32,000 nt of DNA, from assembly GCA_036373775.1 (NCBI GenBank), contig JAZAUD010000018.1, positions 16,999-48,998 of the forward strand, written 5' to 3'. Position numbers and translations under genes: made by a program. This stretch comes from Oscillospiraceae bacterium (GTDB taxonomy: Bacteria; Bacillota; Clostridia; Oscillospirales; Ruminococcaceae). This document shows positions 7,845 through 16,526 of this stretch, piece after piece (positions within the stretch are counted from its first letter, which is position 1; each line of letters opens with the position of its first letter). The notes below the pieces were generated by a model. That model searched no databases and was not told the DNA's origin. It saw only the letters and a list, made by a program, of their open reading frames with translations.

Positions 7845-7879
7845 ATCCTACCTTTACAATTGAAAAGGCAGGATTTTTT
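7845..7879. terminator. bidirectional hairpin terminator/insulator flanking the repeat
   Basis: AAAAATCCTACCTTT-acaattga-AAAGGCAGGATTTTTT: 11-bp stem with one mismatch, A-run on one side and T-run on the other. Confidence 0.6.
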
Positions 7880-7900
7880 ATGATGCACCTAATTATACAC

Positions 7901-7929
7901 TTGCAATTTGTTCTGTTTTGTGATATACT
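7901..7929 (+). promoter_or_regulatory. likely promoter of the large membrane-protein gene
   Basis: TTGCAA, 17-nt spacer, TGa-TATACT. Lies downstream of the 7845-7879 terminator. Confidence 0.5.
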
Positions 7930-7984
7930 AAGATACAGATATTACAAGAAAGGAGCTGTCCTTATTGGACAGAATCACAAAACA

Positions 7985-10372
7985 ATGCTGATAAATATTT
8001 TATTTCCATTACTATGGGGAGTGATGTTTATTCTGATGGGGAATCTCATCGCAAAGAAGTGGACACTCCCAACTCATTCATTGCATTTTCCTAAATTCTT
8101 CCATACACTGATACCCGAAAATCAGGTTGCAGATGCTAATTTTTTTGTACGGTGTGGGTGTATGCTGGTAGCAGGGGAAGTATTCATTTTAATGTTGTTA
8201 TCGCTGGTGATTTCAATGTTGATGTTTCGGTATGGAAATTTTTTCCATCCGTTAGCGGTTGCAATTAGTACATCGTTACCCTTTTTGTTGGTGATGTTGA
8301 AGTTACTATTCCCAAATCAAAAGCAATTGCATTCTTTTGTGAAATTGCTTGCTTTGTGTGGGGTTGTGGTTTTGACTGCGGAAGTATTGGTGTTTAATGC
8401 AAAGAGTTTCACGCTTGACAGAGAAATTACCACTTTAACCATTGATGATATTACCTTTGAAGAGGGGGATAACCTCAAAAAAGACGGAAATCAGCTCATT
8501 ATCAAGGGAGATTGTGAAATGTTCCTGAATGACCTCCCACAAAATGCAAGGGGTTTCATCTTCCATATGAATCAGGTTGTGGATAAGGATGCAAGAGTAT
8601 TTCATGTATGGATGGATATGGAAGATGATAATTTCCGCTATGCTTATCAGATTGTAGCAGATACCTATACTTTGGGGGGAGATGATGCTTGTGTGATGTC
8701 ATTTTCTCCTTATGGGAATCTGTATTCTATGCGGTTACATTTTGCACAAATTGCGAACCCTGTAACATTGAATGAAATTTTAGCTGTCCCTGCATTGCCT
8801 TATGAATTTTCATTACTGCGGTATCTTTTTTTGATGGGGATTTGTACGGTAGTATTGGCAGTGATTCAATTTCGGCTGTATGCTATCACCTATGATTGGA
8901 GAAAGCCTCCTCATCAGGCAATTGCAATTATCATGGTGGTACTTTGTACCTTTTCAGCGATGCAGTTCTATGATGTGACAGAATATGAAGAACTCACCGA
9001 ATACCACAAAGAAGAACAATATCCATGGACTGACCCTTATACACAGACGTTTCATGCACTCAATAATGGAAGGGTTGCCCTTGAAATTGAAGTCGCTCCA
9101 GAATTGGAAAAACTCGAAAACCCCTATGATAATAGTGCAAGAAGAGAATTTAATACTCCGGCTGCATGGGATTATGCTTATTATCATGGTAACTATTACA
9201 GCTATTTCGGCATTGCACCAGTTTTAACCTATTATGCACCTTATATTCTTTCTCATGGGAAAATACCAACTACTGGAATGGCAAATGATTTCTTTGCAAC
9301 GCTTTCCATTTTCTTCATGGGAATGGCGTTATTATCAGCGGTGCGCTTGATGACAACCAAACCAAACTTTCTGTTATTACTGGCATCTTTCCCCGCATTG
9401 ACAGCGTGTACAGGGGCATATTACTGCATGGAATTTTCTGATAAATATTTTGTTGCAGTTGCATCAGCACAGTGTTACCTTGCTTTAACATTATGGTTAG
9501 GGCTATGGGGTGTGGCAGTCAAAAAGAAATTATGGAGATGTTTGTTATTTGCTGGGTGTGGTCTTGCATTGGCATTGACAGTGGCATCAAGACCAAGCAT
9601 TTGCATTAGTGCAGCAATTTTATTGCCGTTTTTCTTTGGGATTTTATGCAGAAAATCTGAACCCATTGCAAGCCGTATAACACAGGCATTGAGTTTCGCT
9701 TTGCCTTTATTTGTGGGAATTGGCGGAATCATGGTATATAATGCAAAGCGTTTCAGTTCCCCGTTTGATTTTGGTGCAACGTATCAATTGACTGTCAGCA
9801 ATGTCAATGCCAATCATTTGCAGTTATCCTTGTTACCGTCGGCATTTTTGCATTATTTTTTGCAATTGCCTGAAATGCGTGGCACGTTTCCTTATTTCCA
9901 AACAAGCTGTAGCCATCTGAGAAACTACGGGATATATATTTATATGGAAGGGGTATTTAGTGCGTTAATGAATCCTTTTGCAATGCTTGGGGCTTGTCTC
10001 ATGCCGATTGCCTACAAGCGGAAACTTTGCGGATTTCATCAGGGCATTACGAACCGTCAGAGAAATATTGCTCTTGCATTGTGTTTCATTGTACCGGTGA
10101 TTTTGGCATGGATGGATTTCTGCATGGGTGGCTTGAATATTCGCTACATCTGCGATATTACACCATTGTTATTCATTGGGTGTATTGTGGTATTGTTTCG
10201 GACAACCGACATCAAAAACAAGATGTACCGTTATGTGATTACTTTGATTTTGTTGATTTTGAGTGCATTGATAATTTGGGTGATGCTTCTCGGCATTCGT
10301 GACGGATTATTGATGGTGCATAATCCCACTTATTACGACACAATGAAAAATACGCTCATTTTCTGGCATTGA
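7985..10372 (+). CDS. large polytopic membrane protein, possibly a GT-C-fold glycosyltransferase with an N-terminal extension
   Basis: Long ORF with at least 15 hydrophobic segments and a ~130-aa soluble insert. A loop motif NPYD..R..(9)..WDYAYYHGNYYSYFGIAPV precedes a TM helix, resembling GT-C first-loop acidic/aromatic motifs. Start is uncertain. 7985 is the first ATG after the 7901 promoter but has no SD. An in-frame ATT at 7964 sits 8 nt after AGGAG (7951-7955). The ATG at 7880 overlaps the terminator T-run. The track start at 7601 is an artefact. Confidence 0.8.
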   Translation: MLINILFPLLWGVMFILMGNLIAKKWTLPTHSLHFPKFFHTLIPENQVADANFFVRCGCMLVAGEVFILMLLSLVISMLMFRYGNFFHPLAVAISTSLPFLLVMLKLLFPNQKQLHSFVKLLALCGVVVLTAEVLVFNAKSFTLDREITTLTIDDITFEEGDNLKKDGNQLIIKGDCEMFLNDLPQNARGFIFHMNQVVDKDARVFHVWMDMEDDNFRYAYQIVADTYTLGGDDACVMSFSPYGNLYSMRLHFAQIANPVTLNEILAVPALPYEFSLLRYLFLMGICTVVLAVIQFRLYAITYDWRKPPHQAIAIIMVVLCTFSAMQFYDVTEYEELTEYHKEEQYPWTDPYTQTFHALNNGRVALEIEVAPELEKLENPYDNSARREFNTPAAWDYAYYHGNYYSYFGIAPVLTYYAPYILSHGKIPTTGMANDFFATLSIFFMGMALLSAVRLMTTKPNFLLLLASFPALTACTGAYYCMEFSDKYFVAVASAQCYLALTLWLGLWGVAVKKKLWRCLLFAGCGLALALTVASRPSICISAAILLPFFFGILCRKSEPIASRITQALSFALPLFVGIGGIMVYNAKRFSSPFDFGATYQLTVSNVNANHLQLSLLPSAFLHYFLQLPEMRGTFPYFQTSCSHLRNYGIYIYMEGVFSALMNPFAMLGACLMPIAYKRKLCGFHQGITNRQRNIALALCFIVPVILAWMDFCMGGLNIRYICDITPLLFIGCIVVLFRTTDIKNKMYRYVITLILLILSALIIWVMLLGIRDGLLMVHNPTYYDTMKNTLIFWH

Positions 10373-10388
10373 TACCAATAAAATGAAA

Positions 10389-10420
10389 GAAACTGCTGAA
10401 TTTACAGCAGTTTCTTTTGT
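10389..10420. terminator. bidirectional terminator shared by the membrane-protein gene and nifU
   Basis: GAAACTGCTG-aattta-CAGCAGTTTC followed by TTTTGTTTTT on plus and UUUCAUUUU on minus. The nifU stop codon lies in the loop. Confidence 0.75.
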
Positions 10421-10782
10421 TTTTGCTGATAGTTGAACAGGGCGGATTTGACCGCTTTTTCTGCGATAGGAGGACAATGCATTTTTTCAGGTGGTAAGCC
10501 GTCCAAAGCCTGAATAATGTCGGATTCTGTCAAAAGCATTGCTTGTTCAATGGTTTTCCCTTGTAAAAGTTCCGTGGTGACGGATGATACAGCAATTGCC
10601 GCACAACATCCAAATGTCTGGAATTTTGCCTCCGAAATGATACCATCCTGAATGGCAAGGTAAATTTTGGTGATGTCTCCACATTTTTCGCTGCCAGATT
10701 CTCCAAATGCATCAGGATTTTCCATTTCTCCGGAATTTCGGGGATTGACAAAATGGTCAAGGACTTTTGCACTATAATTCAT
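10402..10782 (-). CDS. nifU: Fe-S cluster assembly scaffold, NifU/IscU N-terminal-domain type
   Basis: 126 aa with [21 protein letters not shown] and MHC cysteine motifs. The ATG overlaps the nifS stop (ATGA). Confidence 0.92.
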   Translation of the reverse strand: MNYSAKVLDHFVNPRNSGEMENPDAFGESGSEKCGDITKIYLAIQDGIISEAKFQTFGCCAAIAVSSVTTELLQGKTIEQAMLLTESDIIQALDGLPPEKMHCPPIAEKAVKSALFNYQQKQKKLL

Positions 10783-11963
10783 TGTAAACCGCCTTTCTTT
10801 GCGTTCCAGAGGGGGGACATACTTCTCAATTGACTGACAACTTTTGGAACGGTTTCCAAAATGTAAGCAACATCTTTTTCATGAAAATTTTTGTCGAATG
10901 TCAGCCGTAAGGAGCTATGAGCCGATTCTCTGCCTAAACCAATCGCCGTCAGAACGTGAGAAGGTTCTAATGAACCAGCTGAACACGCTGAACCCGAAGA
11001 CGCTTGTATTCCCTGTATATCTAGCATCAGAATCAGGCTTTCCCCTTCAATGCCCTCAATGGAAATATTCACATTTCCGCAGACACGCTGAATTCTGTCA
11101 CCATTCAAATGTGTTCCCTCAATTTGCAGTAACCCATCAATGAGCTGATTCCTTAAAGGGGTTAATGTTTCGACTTTTTCGGAAATATCCCTGACGGCAA
11201 TTTCCAGAGCTTTGGAAATGCCAACAATTCCAGCAATATTTTCTGTTCCGGCACGTTTCCCCATTTCCTGCCCTCCTCCGTGAATGAGTGGCGAAATATT
11301 GACACCGTTCTGGATGTATAATACACCAATCCCCTTTGGAGCGTGGAATTTATGCCCTGAGATTGACAATAAGTCAATATTTTGCTTTTGAACGTCAATT
11401 TCCACATTTCCTACTGCCTGCACTGCATCCGTATGAAATAAAATGCCGTGTTCGTGACAGATTGCACCAATTTCAGAAATGGGCTGAATTGTTCCGATTT
11501 CATTATTGACATACATCACAGAAACAAGGGCGGTATCTTCTCGAATCGCCTTTTTCACGTCCAAAGGGTCAATGATTCCATTGGATGATACTGGTAAATA
11601 GGTCACTTTAAAGCCTTGATTTTCCAGAAATTGACAAGTGTTCAAAACGGCATGATGTTCCATTGCAGTGGTAATGATATGCTTTTTGCCTTGTGATTTC
11701 AAAATGTCTGTTGTTCCCTTAATTGCCCAGTTATCCGATTCTGAACCGCCGGAAGTAAAAAAGATTTCCTTAGGGTTTGCACCTAAACATTGTGCAATGG
11801 TGGTGCGGGCATTCAAAATCGCAGATTCATTTTTTCGTCCCATCTGGTAAATGCTGGACGCATTTCCGAATGATTCTGTCAAATAAGGTAACATTGCCTG
11901 TAATACTTCTTGAGATACTGGAGTTGTGGCGGAAGCATCCGCATAAACAAAATCCTTTTCCAT
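10779..11963 (-). CDS. nifS: cysteine desulfurase (NifS/IscS class)
   Basis: [16 protein letters not shown] (PLP lysine) and SSGSAC active-site loop. Start at 11963 (MEKDFVYAD) is preferred because AGAAAGG lies 8-10 nt upstream. The ORF extends to 11987. Confidence 0.93.
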   Translation of the reverse strand: MEKDFVYADASATTPVSQEVLQAMLPYLTESFGNASSIYQMGRKNESAILNARTTIAQCLGANPKEIFFTSGGSESDNWAIKGTTDILKSQGKKHIITTAMEHHAVLNTCQFLENQGFKVTYLPVSSNGIIDPLDVKKAIREDTALVSVMYVNNEIGTIQPISEIGAICHEHGILFHTDAVQAVGNVEIDVQKQNIDLLSISGHKFHAPKGIGVLYIQNGVNISPLIHGGGQEMGKRAGTENIAGIVGISKALEIAVRDISEKVETLTPLRNQLIDGLLQIEGTHLNGDRIQRVCGNVNISIEGIEGESLILMLDIQGIQASSGSACSAGSLEPSHVLTAIGLGRESAHSSLRLTFDKNFHEKDVAYILETVPKVVSQLRSMSPLWNAKKGGLQ

Positions 11964-12220
11964 GGTGACAGCCTTTCTTTGCATCAAGTTATTGTTGTAA
12001 GTATACCATATCGATAGGAATAATACAATATTCAGTTAGCCTGTCTAACAAAGTGAAAAATAAAATTTTTTCCCCTGAAAACAATCAAGAAATCATAGGA
12101 AATCTAATAAAGAGAAAAAAGAATGATTTGATTTTTATGCAAACTGCAAAAAAATACTGGTAATATTTAGGTAAACTACACAATGCTTAATAAAAAATCA
12201 TGCAGGATTTCGCAGAATTC

Positions 12221-12250
12221 TTGACAATCCTGTCTAAAAGATGGTATAAT
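12221..12250 (+). promoter_or_regulatory. promoter of the 12332-14723 operon
   Basis: TTGACA, 18-nt spacer, TGg-TATAAT. Confidence 0.55.
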
Positions 12251-12331
12251 AAGAATATATATCGCTGGGCATAAAAAAGAGGAAATTTTCCTCGTTGCAG
12301 AGCCAGCATAATAAGAAAGCGAGGAATCACT

Positions 12332-13252
12332 ATGGATGAGAAGATTAGAGAGTTATCCAGTGAGGAGATACATCTTCTGGAAAAATATACAGAAGCTGTT
12401 ATCACTGAAGAAGGTGCTGTAAATCCTCTGTCTCTGAAAAATGAGGATGTATCCAAGGTTACAGCAATGACACCGCCAGAGCTTGTTAGTTCTATCTATC
12501 ATATGCAGCCGGAAAAGCGTTTATTGATTGTAGCGTGTACAGAAACACAAAGGGAGCTTGCATCAGTTCTTTGTAAGTCATTTCAGGAACATCATCCGGC
12601 AATCTACTATAATGGTCTTTGGGAAGCAGATAGGGCGTTGGCAGAAATGCACGACCTTGAAAACCTTTTGACAGATAAAGACGGAAATGTTTTGAGCCTT
12701 TCAGATGAAATTATTACCGGTGTTTTTATCACAGAGGACGGCAGCCTTGTAGTCAGCAAAGAATCTGACGTTCCTTGTGAAGGTACTTTGCTCCGCAAGA
12801 AAACAGATGATATTGAGTGGGGAATTCTCCTGCCAATGAAAGGGGATATGTTAGCAGGTACTGCAAGCTCAGCCCCCGGAAGTTTCTTTACCAGAACTTT
12901 AGCGGCTGCCAACCTCATGCAGCAGGTCAATGAAAGAAATGACAAGCATGTTCCGGTTGCTGCCAATACTTTGGTATTCCATGATGGAACTTGTCTCACC
13001 ACTGCATGGGCTAAATCTGATAATCTTGAAAATTCTCTCCGTTCCCTGTTCTTCCAACTTTTATTTGGTGCAGAGGATGCTGATAAATTGGGACTGATGC
13101 TGACTGCCCTCCAGAATGCAGAAGGGATTCCGGAAAGCTTTGTCAATGATATGGAGCGTATCTATCTCAATGGCGCAGGATGCAGTACAAGAAGATGGAC
13201 AAATCTTTTTGAGCGTCTTGTTCTGGACTATCAGGAACAAAATTTGATTTAA
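12332..13252 (+). CDS. hypothetical protein (306 aa, soluble, no family recognised)
   Basis: GAGGA RBS. Uninterrupted ORF, 16 nt upstream of the next gene. Confidence 0.8.
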   Translation: MDEKIRELSSEEIHLLEKYTEAVITEEGAVNPLSLKNEDVSKVTAMTPPELVSSIYHMQPEKRLLIVACTETQRELASVLCKSFQEHHPAIYYNGLWEADRALAEMHDLENLLTDKDGNVLSLSDEIITGVFITEDGSLVVSKESDVPCEGTLLRKKTDDIEWGILLPMKGDMLAGTASSAPGSFFTRTLAAANLMQQVNERNDKHVPVAANTLVFHDGTCLTTAWAKSDNLENSLRSLFFQLLFGAEDADKLGLMLTALQNAEGIPESFVNDMERIYLNGAGCSTRRWTNLFERLVLDYQEQNLI

Positions 13253-13268
13253 GGGAGGTAACAGGAAT

Positions 13269-14723
13269 ATGAAAGTTGGAGCTGGATATATGACGAGCAG
13301 AAAGCGTCCAGACGCACCTGCTCCTGAAAGAAAAGTCAGCCTGAATCGGGCTGGTACATATTGTGATGAAGACTTGTCTGTCATTGTTGTGGCTGATGGT
13401 GCAGTTGGTACTAAAAGACCAGCAGCTTGCAGAAGAGCCGCCAAAATCAATGTTGAGACAATGATTGCATTTTTCCAGAATAAATGGACTTGGCGCATCA
13501 CAGATAAAAATGAATTTAAAGATGCTGCACTTCGTGAGTTGATGACAGCTTATGAAGCAGAGGCAAAAAATGGAAAGTATGCGGTAGATGATTTATCAGC
13601 GACTGTTTCCGCAGTTGCCTTGAAATCCAATGGGGAATTTTTAGCCGTTTCCATTGGTAGCGGAACAGTTGCAGCATTGAATCATGAAATGTTACCTTCT
13701 GTGCTGATTCCTCCGAACCCTAACAAGAAACGCTGTGTCAATCATATCGACAGTGCTAAGCGTTCTGTGAAGGCATGGGGCGGTACATTGGAACAGTCGC
13801 CGTTTATCGCATTCGCAGTGTATACCACTGGTGCTGGAGCTTTGGTGATGGAAGATTCCAGTGAAAGTGCGCATTCCCTCCGCACGGCTGCTGCCTGCAC
13901 TTTGTTTGGTTCTGGTGATGAGTACATCTCCAAAATGATGGCTGAAATCATCGAGAATGGTGAAAATAAAGATGCTGCTCTTGCTGTGATGGTTGCTGAA
14001 AGTGACGAGGCTATCAAGGTTGGAAGAGATGTTTTGTTACAGGCGCAGTCTGCACAATCTGCTGCTTTGGAAGAATCCGAAGAAGATGAGGAAGAAACCG
14101 AAGCTACAACAGAAGAAACTGTTGCTGAGGAAGTTGCTCCTGAGGAAACAAAGCAAGAGACTGAAACAGAGGAAAAGCCTTCAACAAAGGAAGAACCCGA
14201 TTTTGCGGTATCTTCTCAAAATGACATTCCTCCTGTTCAAACACTCCATACAGATGCAGTTGTGATTGAAACTGCAACTTCTGTAAAAGCAGAAGATAAC
14301 CCCGAAATTGTAGAGCAAATTCGCACAATTATTCCGGAAGCTACTATTGTGACAGAAGTAGAAACAGAGGTTACTCCTGAACCAGAAGAAATGGAAGAGG
14401 AATCTTCTGAACCGGCAATGACGCTCAAAGAGGAAAATATTACTGCGGTTGTAGCTAAGAATGCAAAGAAGAAGGTTAAGAAAGTCTTTGTGAAATTCTC
14501 TGAACAGGAATTGAACGAAGAAGCAGTGAGAATTCTTGATAGTGTTGAGCCGATGTATCGCCCATTGTTAAGGGCTTTATTGGATGCACCTCGTTCAGCT
14601 GGTGAATTGGTAGAAAGTGGCTATTGCCCTGAAGGACGTATTTTGGAAACGATTCTGCCGTTAATCAGGGAGGGGCATGTTGTATATCAGGATGGCGTTT
14701 TCTCTGCTAGTGAATTTGAATAA
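13269..14723 (+). CDS. PP2C-like (PF13672-type) domain protein with acidic E/T-rich linker and a small C-terminal wHTH-like domain
   Basis: GGGAGG RBS. N-terminal ~200 aa show CDEDLSVIVVADGAVGTK..AA and DDLSATVSAVAL..GSGT, reminiscent of the bacterial PP2C_2 family (cQDa...vaDGaGSa). Residues ~260-370 are low-complexity Glu/Thr-rich. This domain call is from memory and was not searched. Confidence 0.75.
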   Translation: MKVGAGYMTSRKRPDAPAPERKVSLNRAGTYCDEDLSVIVVADGAVGTKRPAACRRAAKINVETMIAFFQNKWTWRITDKNEFKDAALRELMTAYEAEAKNGKYAVDDLSATVSAVALKSNGEFLAVSIGSGTVAALNHEMLPSVLIPPNPNKKRCVNHIDSAKRSVKAWGGTLEQSPFIAFAVYTTGAGALVMEDSSESAHSLRTAAACTLFGSGDEYISKMMAEIIENGENKDAALAVMVAESDEAIKVGRDVLLQAQSAQSAALEESEEDEEETEATTEETVAEEVAPEETKQETETEEKPSTKEEPDFAVSSQNDIPPVQTLHTDAVVIETATSVKAEDNPEIVEQIRTIIPEATIVTEVETEVTPEPEEMEEESSEPAMTLKEENITAVVAKNAKKKVKKVFVKFSEQELNEEAVRILDSVEPMYRPLLRALLDAPRSAGELVESGYCPEGRILETILPLIREGHVVYQDGVFSASEFE

Positions 14724-14747
14724 TCGAAATATCTGTCAGTTGAAAGT

Positions 14748-14778
14748 GTACCGGATTTTTTGTCCGGTACATTTTTTT
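14748..14778 (+). terminator. intrinsic terminator
   Basis: GTACCGGA-ttttttg-TCCGGTAC followed by ATTTTTTT. Confidence 0.85.
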
Positions 14779-14797
14779 CATTTTTTGAAAAAAAGCC

Positions 14798-14826
14798 GTG
14801 ACAATGACACTAAAATATGGTATAAT
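14798..14826 (+). promoter_or_regulatory. promoter of the acyltransferase-ymdB unit
   Basis: GTGACA, 17-nt spacer, TGg-TATAAT. Confidence 0.55.
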
Positions 14827-14861
14827 AAAAGGGTAGCAATTTACTGAATGGAGTGATGCAT

Positions 14862-16526
14862 ATGGACAAGGAAAGAAACCTCGGAATTGATATTTTATGC
14901 TGTATTGGAGTAATGCTTTTATTAGGGTTGCAATATATTCATGCAGCCGGATTTTCAAGTGTACCTGTAGCAGATTGGACAGCGATTCCAACATTGGCTG
15001 CAAGATGTTTCTGTCAATCCGGTGCAATGGTGCTTTCGGCTGGGACAGGCTATATTTTAAGCCGAAAAAAATTTTCTGCTGGATATTTCAAAATTTTTGT
15101 CCGGTTAATTTATATTTATGTGGTGTGTAGTATTTTGGCACTGTTTTTGCGTTCCGCTGTGCTGGATGAATTTCTTTCTCATGCACAGGAAATTCAAGCG
15201 GTGATACAATTCAGTGCAACAGAAACAAGCCGTTTTGCAGCAATGTATTTCGGGCTGTTATTGGCTGCGCCTTTTGTGAATGCTTCTTTGCATGGATTAG
15301 CAAGCCGAAAAGAGCGATTTTGCTTTTTTGGGATTATTGCACTTTGTACCCTTCAACCAATGCTTTATATTTCAGATACCTATTTGCTTTCAGAATGGTG
15401 TAAGGGGCTATTCCCATTAGCGGCATATCTTGGCGGTGCATTGATACAAAAATACAGCAAAAGAAAACATGGTTCGTTGGTGACACTTATCATGGTTGCT
15501 GTATGGATTTGTGAAACATTGATTGTATATGACAGCAGTTTGAAAAGAGGGGAATTATACTGTCCGTGGCTCAATAGCATTGCAGCAATGCCAAATTTAT
15601 GTATTGCTTTGTGTTTATTGGAATTATTCCACAGCGAGAAAACAGGGGACAGCAGTTTACACAGATTTTTTGCTGGTGCAGCTAGTGGAGCATTGGCGGC
15701 ATTGTTATTGGGCGACCCTGTTATCAATATCATGATGCCTTCCTTGCGTGAACGGATTCCCGACTTGATTCCAAGGTTATGGGCTGGTTATCTTGTTGTT
15801 CCAATTGCATTTATTCTTTCCTGTACTGCGGGATTGATTTTACAGATTCCCTATCAGGGAGTGAAAAATTTCCTTCACAATGAAGAGGATGAAGAGGACG
15901 AAGAGGAAGAAGAGCCGATGACTGAACCAGAAAAAGAATCCAATCTTGTATTACCTCCTCCCCCTCAACCAGTTCAAATCATCCCTGAAAAAGTTGCTCC
16001 TAAGAAAAAAAATCCCAAACCAAAAGATTCCCCCCCTACCGAACAACCACGCAAAAAAGCTGTCAGAAAAACCGAAACTGTTAAGCCAAAATCTCCCCAA
16101 AATCCCCCTAAAGATTCCCCACCAAAAGAACAAAAGCCACCTACTAAAAAAGCTCCCACTAAATCAGATGCTCCCGAAAAACCAGCATCCCATAAGAAAC
16201 AATCTTCTACCCCCCATCAGCCTAAATCTTCCCAAAATCAGCCCTCTAAAAAAACTTCTGCTCCTAAAGAAACCAAATCTGCTGAACCCCAAAAGAAACA
16301 CTATGAAATTCACATTGACGAAGAGTCTACTACTGTTCCAAGACGAATCCTCACACAACCAGCAGCTCTTCCTGTTCTCAAACACGCTGGAAAGCCTGTC
16401 GAGAAAAAAGAGGAAGAACCTCAGCCACCACGCAAGACCGCTGATGAAATTGTTGGAATTTATGATACCAGTACCCTCAATGGTTTGATGGAGGCATTAA
16501 AACAAAGAAAGGACGATTCAGAATGA
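14862..16526 (+). CDS. acyltransferase-3-like integral membrane protein with ~215-aa disordered Pro/Lys/Ser-rich C-terminal tail
   Basis: The N-terminus RNLGIDILCCIGVMLLL resembles the acyltransferase_3 RNxxxDxLR start. About 10 TM segments, then an EEDEEDEEEEE patch, then PKDSPP(T/K)EQ repeats. ATG at 14862 sits 8 nt after GGAG. The track start is 14853. Confidence 0.8.
   Translation: MDKERNLGIDILCCIGVMLLLGLQYIHAAGFSSVPVADWTAIPTLAARCFCQSGAMVLSAGTGYILSRKKFSAGYFKIFVRLIYIYVVCSILALFLRSAVLDEFLSHAQEIQAVIQFSATETSRFAAMYFGLLLAAPFVNASLHGLASRKERFCFFGIIALCTLQPMLYISDTYLLSEWCKGLFPLAAYLGGALIQKYSKRKHGSLVTLIMVAVWICETLIVYDSSLKRGELYCPWLNSIAAMPNLCIALCLLELFHSEKTGDSSLHRFFAGAASGALAALLLGDPVINIMMPSLRERIPDLIPRLWAGYLVVPIAFILSCTAGLILQIPYQGVKNFLHNEEDEEDEEEEEPMTEPEKESNLVLPPPPQPVQIIPEKVAPKKKNPKPKDSPPTEQPRKKAVRKTETVKPKSPQNPPKDSPPKEQKPPTKKAPTKSDAPEKPASHKKQSSTPHQPKSSQNQPSKKTSAPKETKSAEPQKKHYEIHIDEESTTVPRRILTQPAALPVLKHAGKPVEKKEEEPQPPRKTADEIVGIYDTSTLNGLMEALKQRKDDSE

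Larger units (their letters stand above)
7183..7845. repeat. tandem direct duplication of a ~328-bp unit (copy 1 7183-7508, copy 2 7509-7839, plus the first few nt of a third)
   Basis: Read directly. 7183-7268 vs 7509-7594 differ at 2 positions. 7312-7334 vs 7637-7658 are identical. 7391-7508 vs 7721-7839 differ by about 4 substitutions and 1 single-base indel. The two intervening segments are strongly diverged. Confidence 0.95.

Noticed and set aside
7183-7845. Considered whether the repeat is a CRISPR array, an IS element or a MITE.
   Set aside because: There are only two copies of a ~328-bp unit with no spacer/repeat periodicity. There are no terminal inverted repeats flanking the unit, no transposase or cas gene, and no target-site duplication that I could see. 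The internal promoter, ORF and terminator logic explains the structure better.
7601-7984. The 5' part of the 923-aa track ORF (MSQNDRPWLGDYGRLLFVVMVVTMKCC...).
   Set aside because: It runs through the second repeat copy, two promoters, an sRNA terminator and the 7845-7879 hairpin terminator. It begins at a TTG with no RBS. The real membrane-protein gene most likely starts at 7964-7985, or at the earliest 7880.
12040-12056. Small palindrome GTTAGCCTGTCTAAC near the presumed nifS promoter, considered as an IscR/Rrf2-type operator.
   Set aside because: It has only 5-bp arms, there is no regulator gene in the window, and it does not match a motif I can name confidently.
12607-13501. Minus-strand ORFs of 179 aa and 146 aa across the 12332-14723 operon.
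   Set aside because: They are antisense to two well-supported RBS-preceded ORFs, with no RBS or promoter of their own.
15946-16488. 180-aa alternative-frame ORF (Leu/Lys/Pro-rich), and minus-strand ORFs across the Pro/Lys-rich tail region.
   Set aside because: They are a consequence of the low-complexity CCN/AAR repeat. The frame continuous with the membrane domain and coupled to ymdB is the real one.
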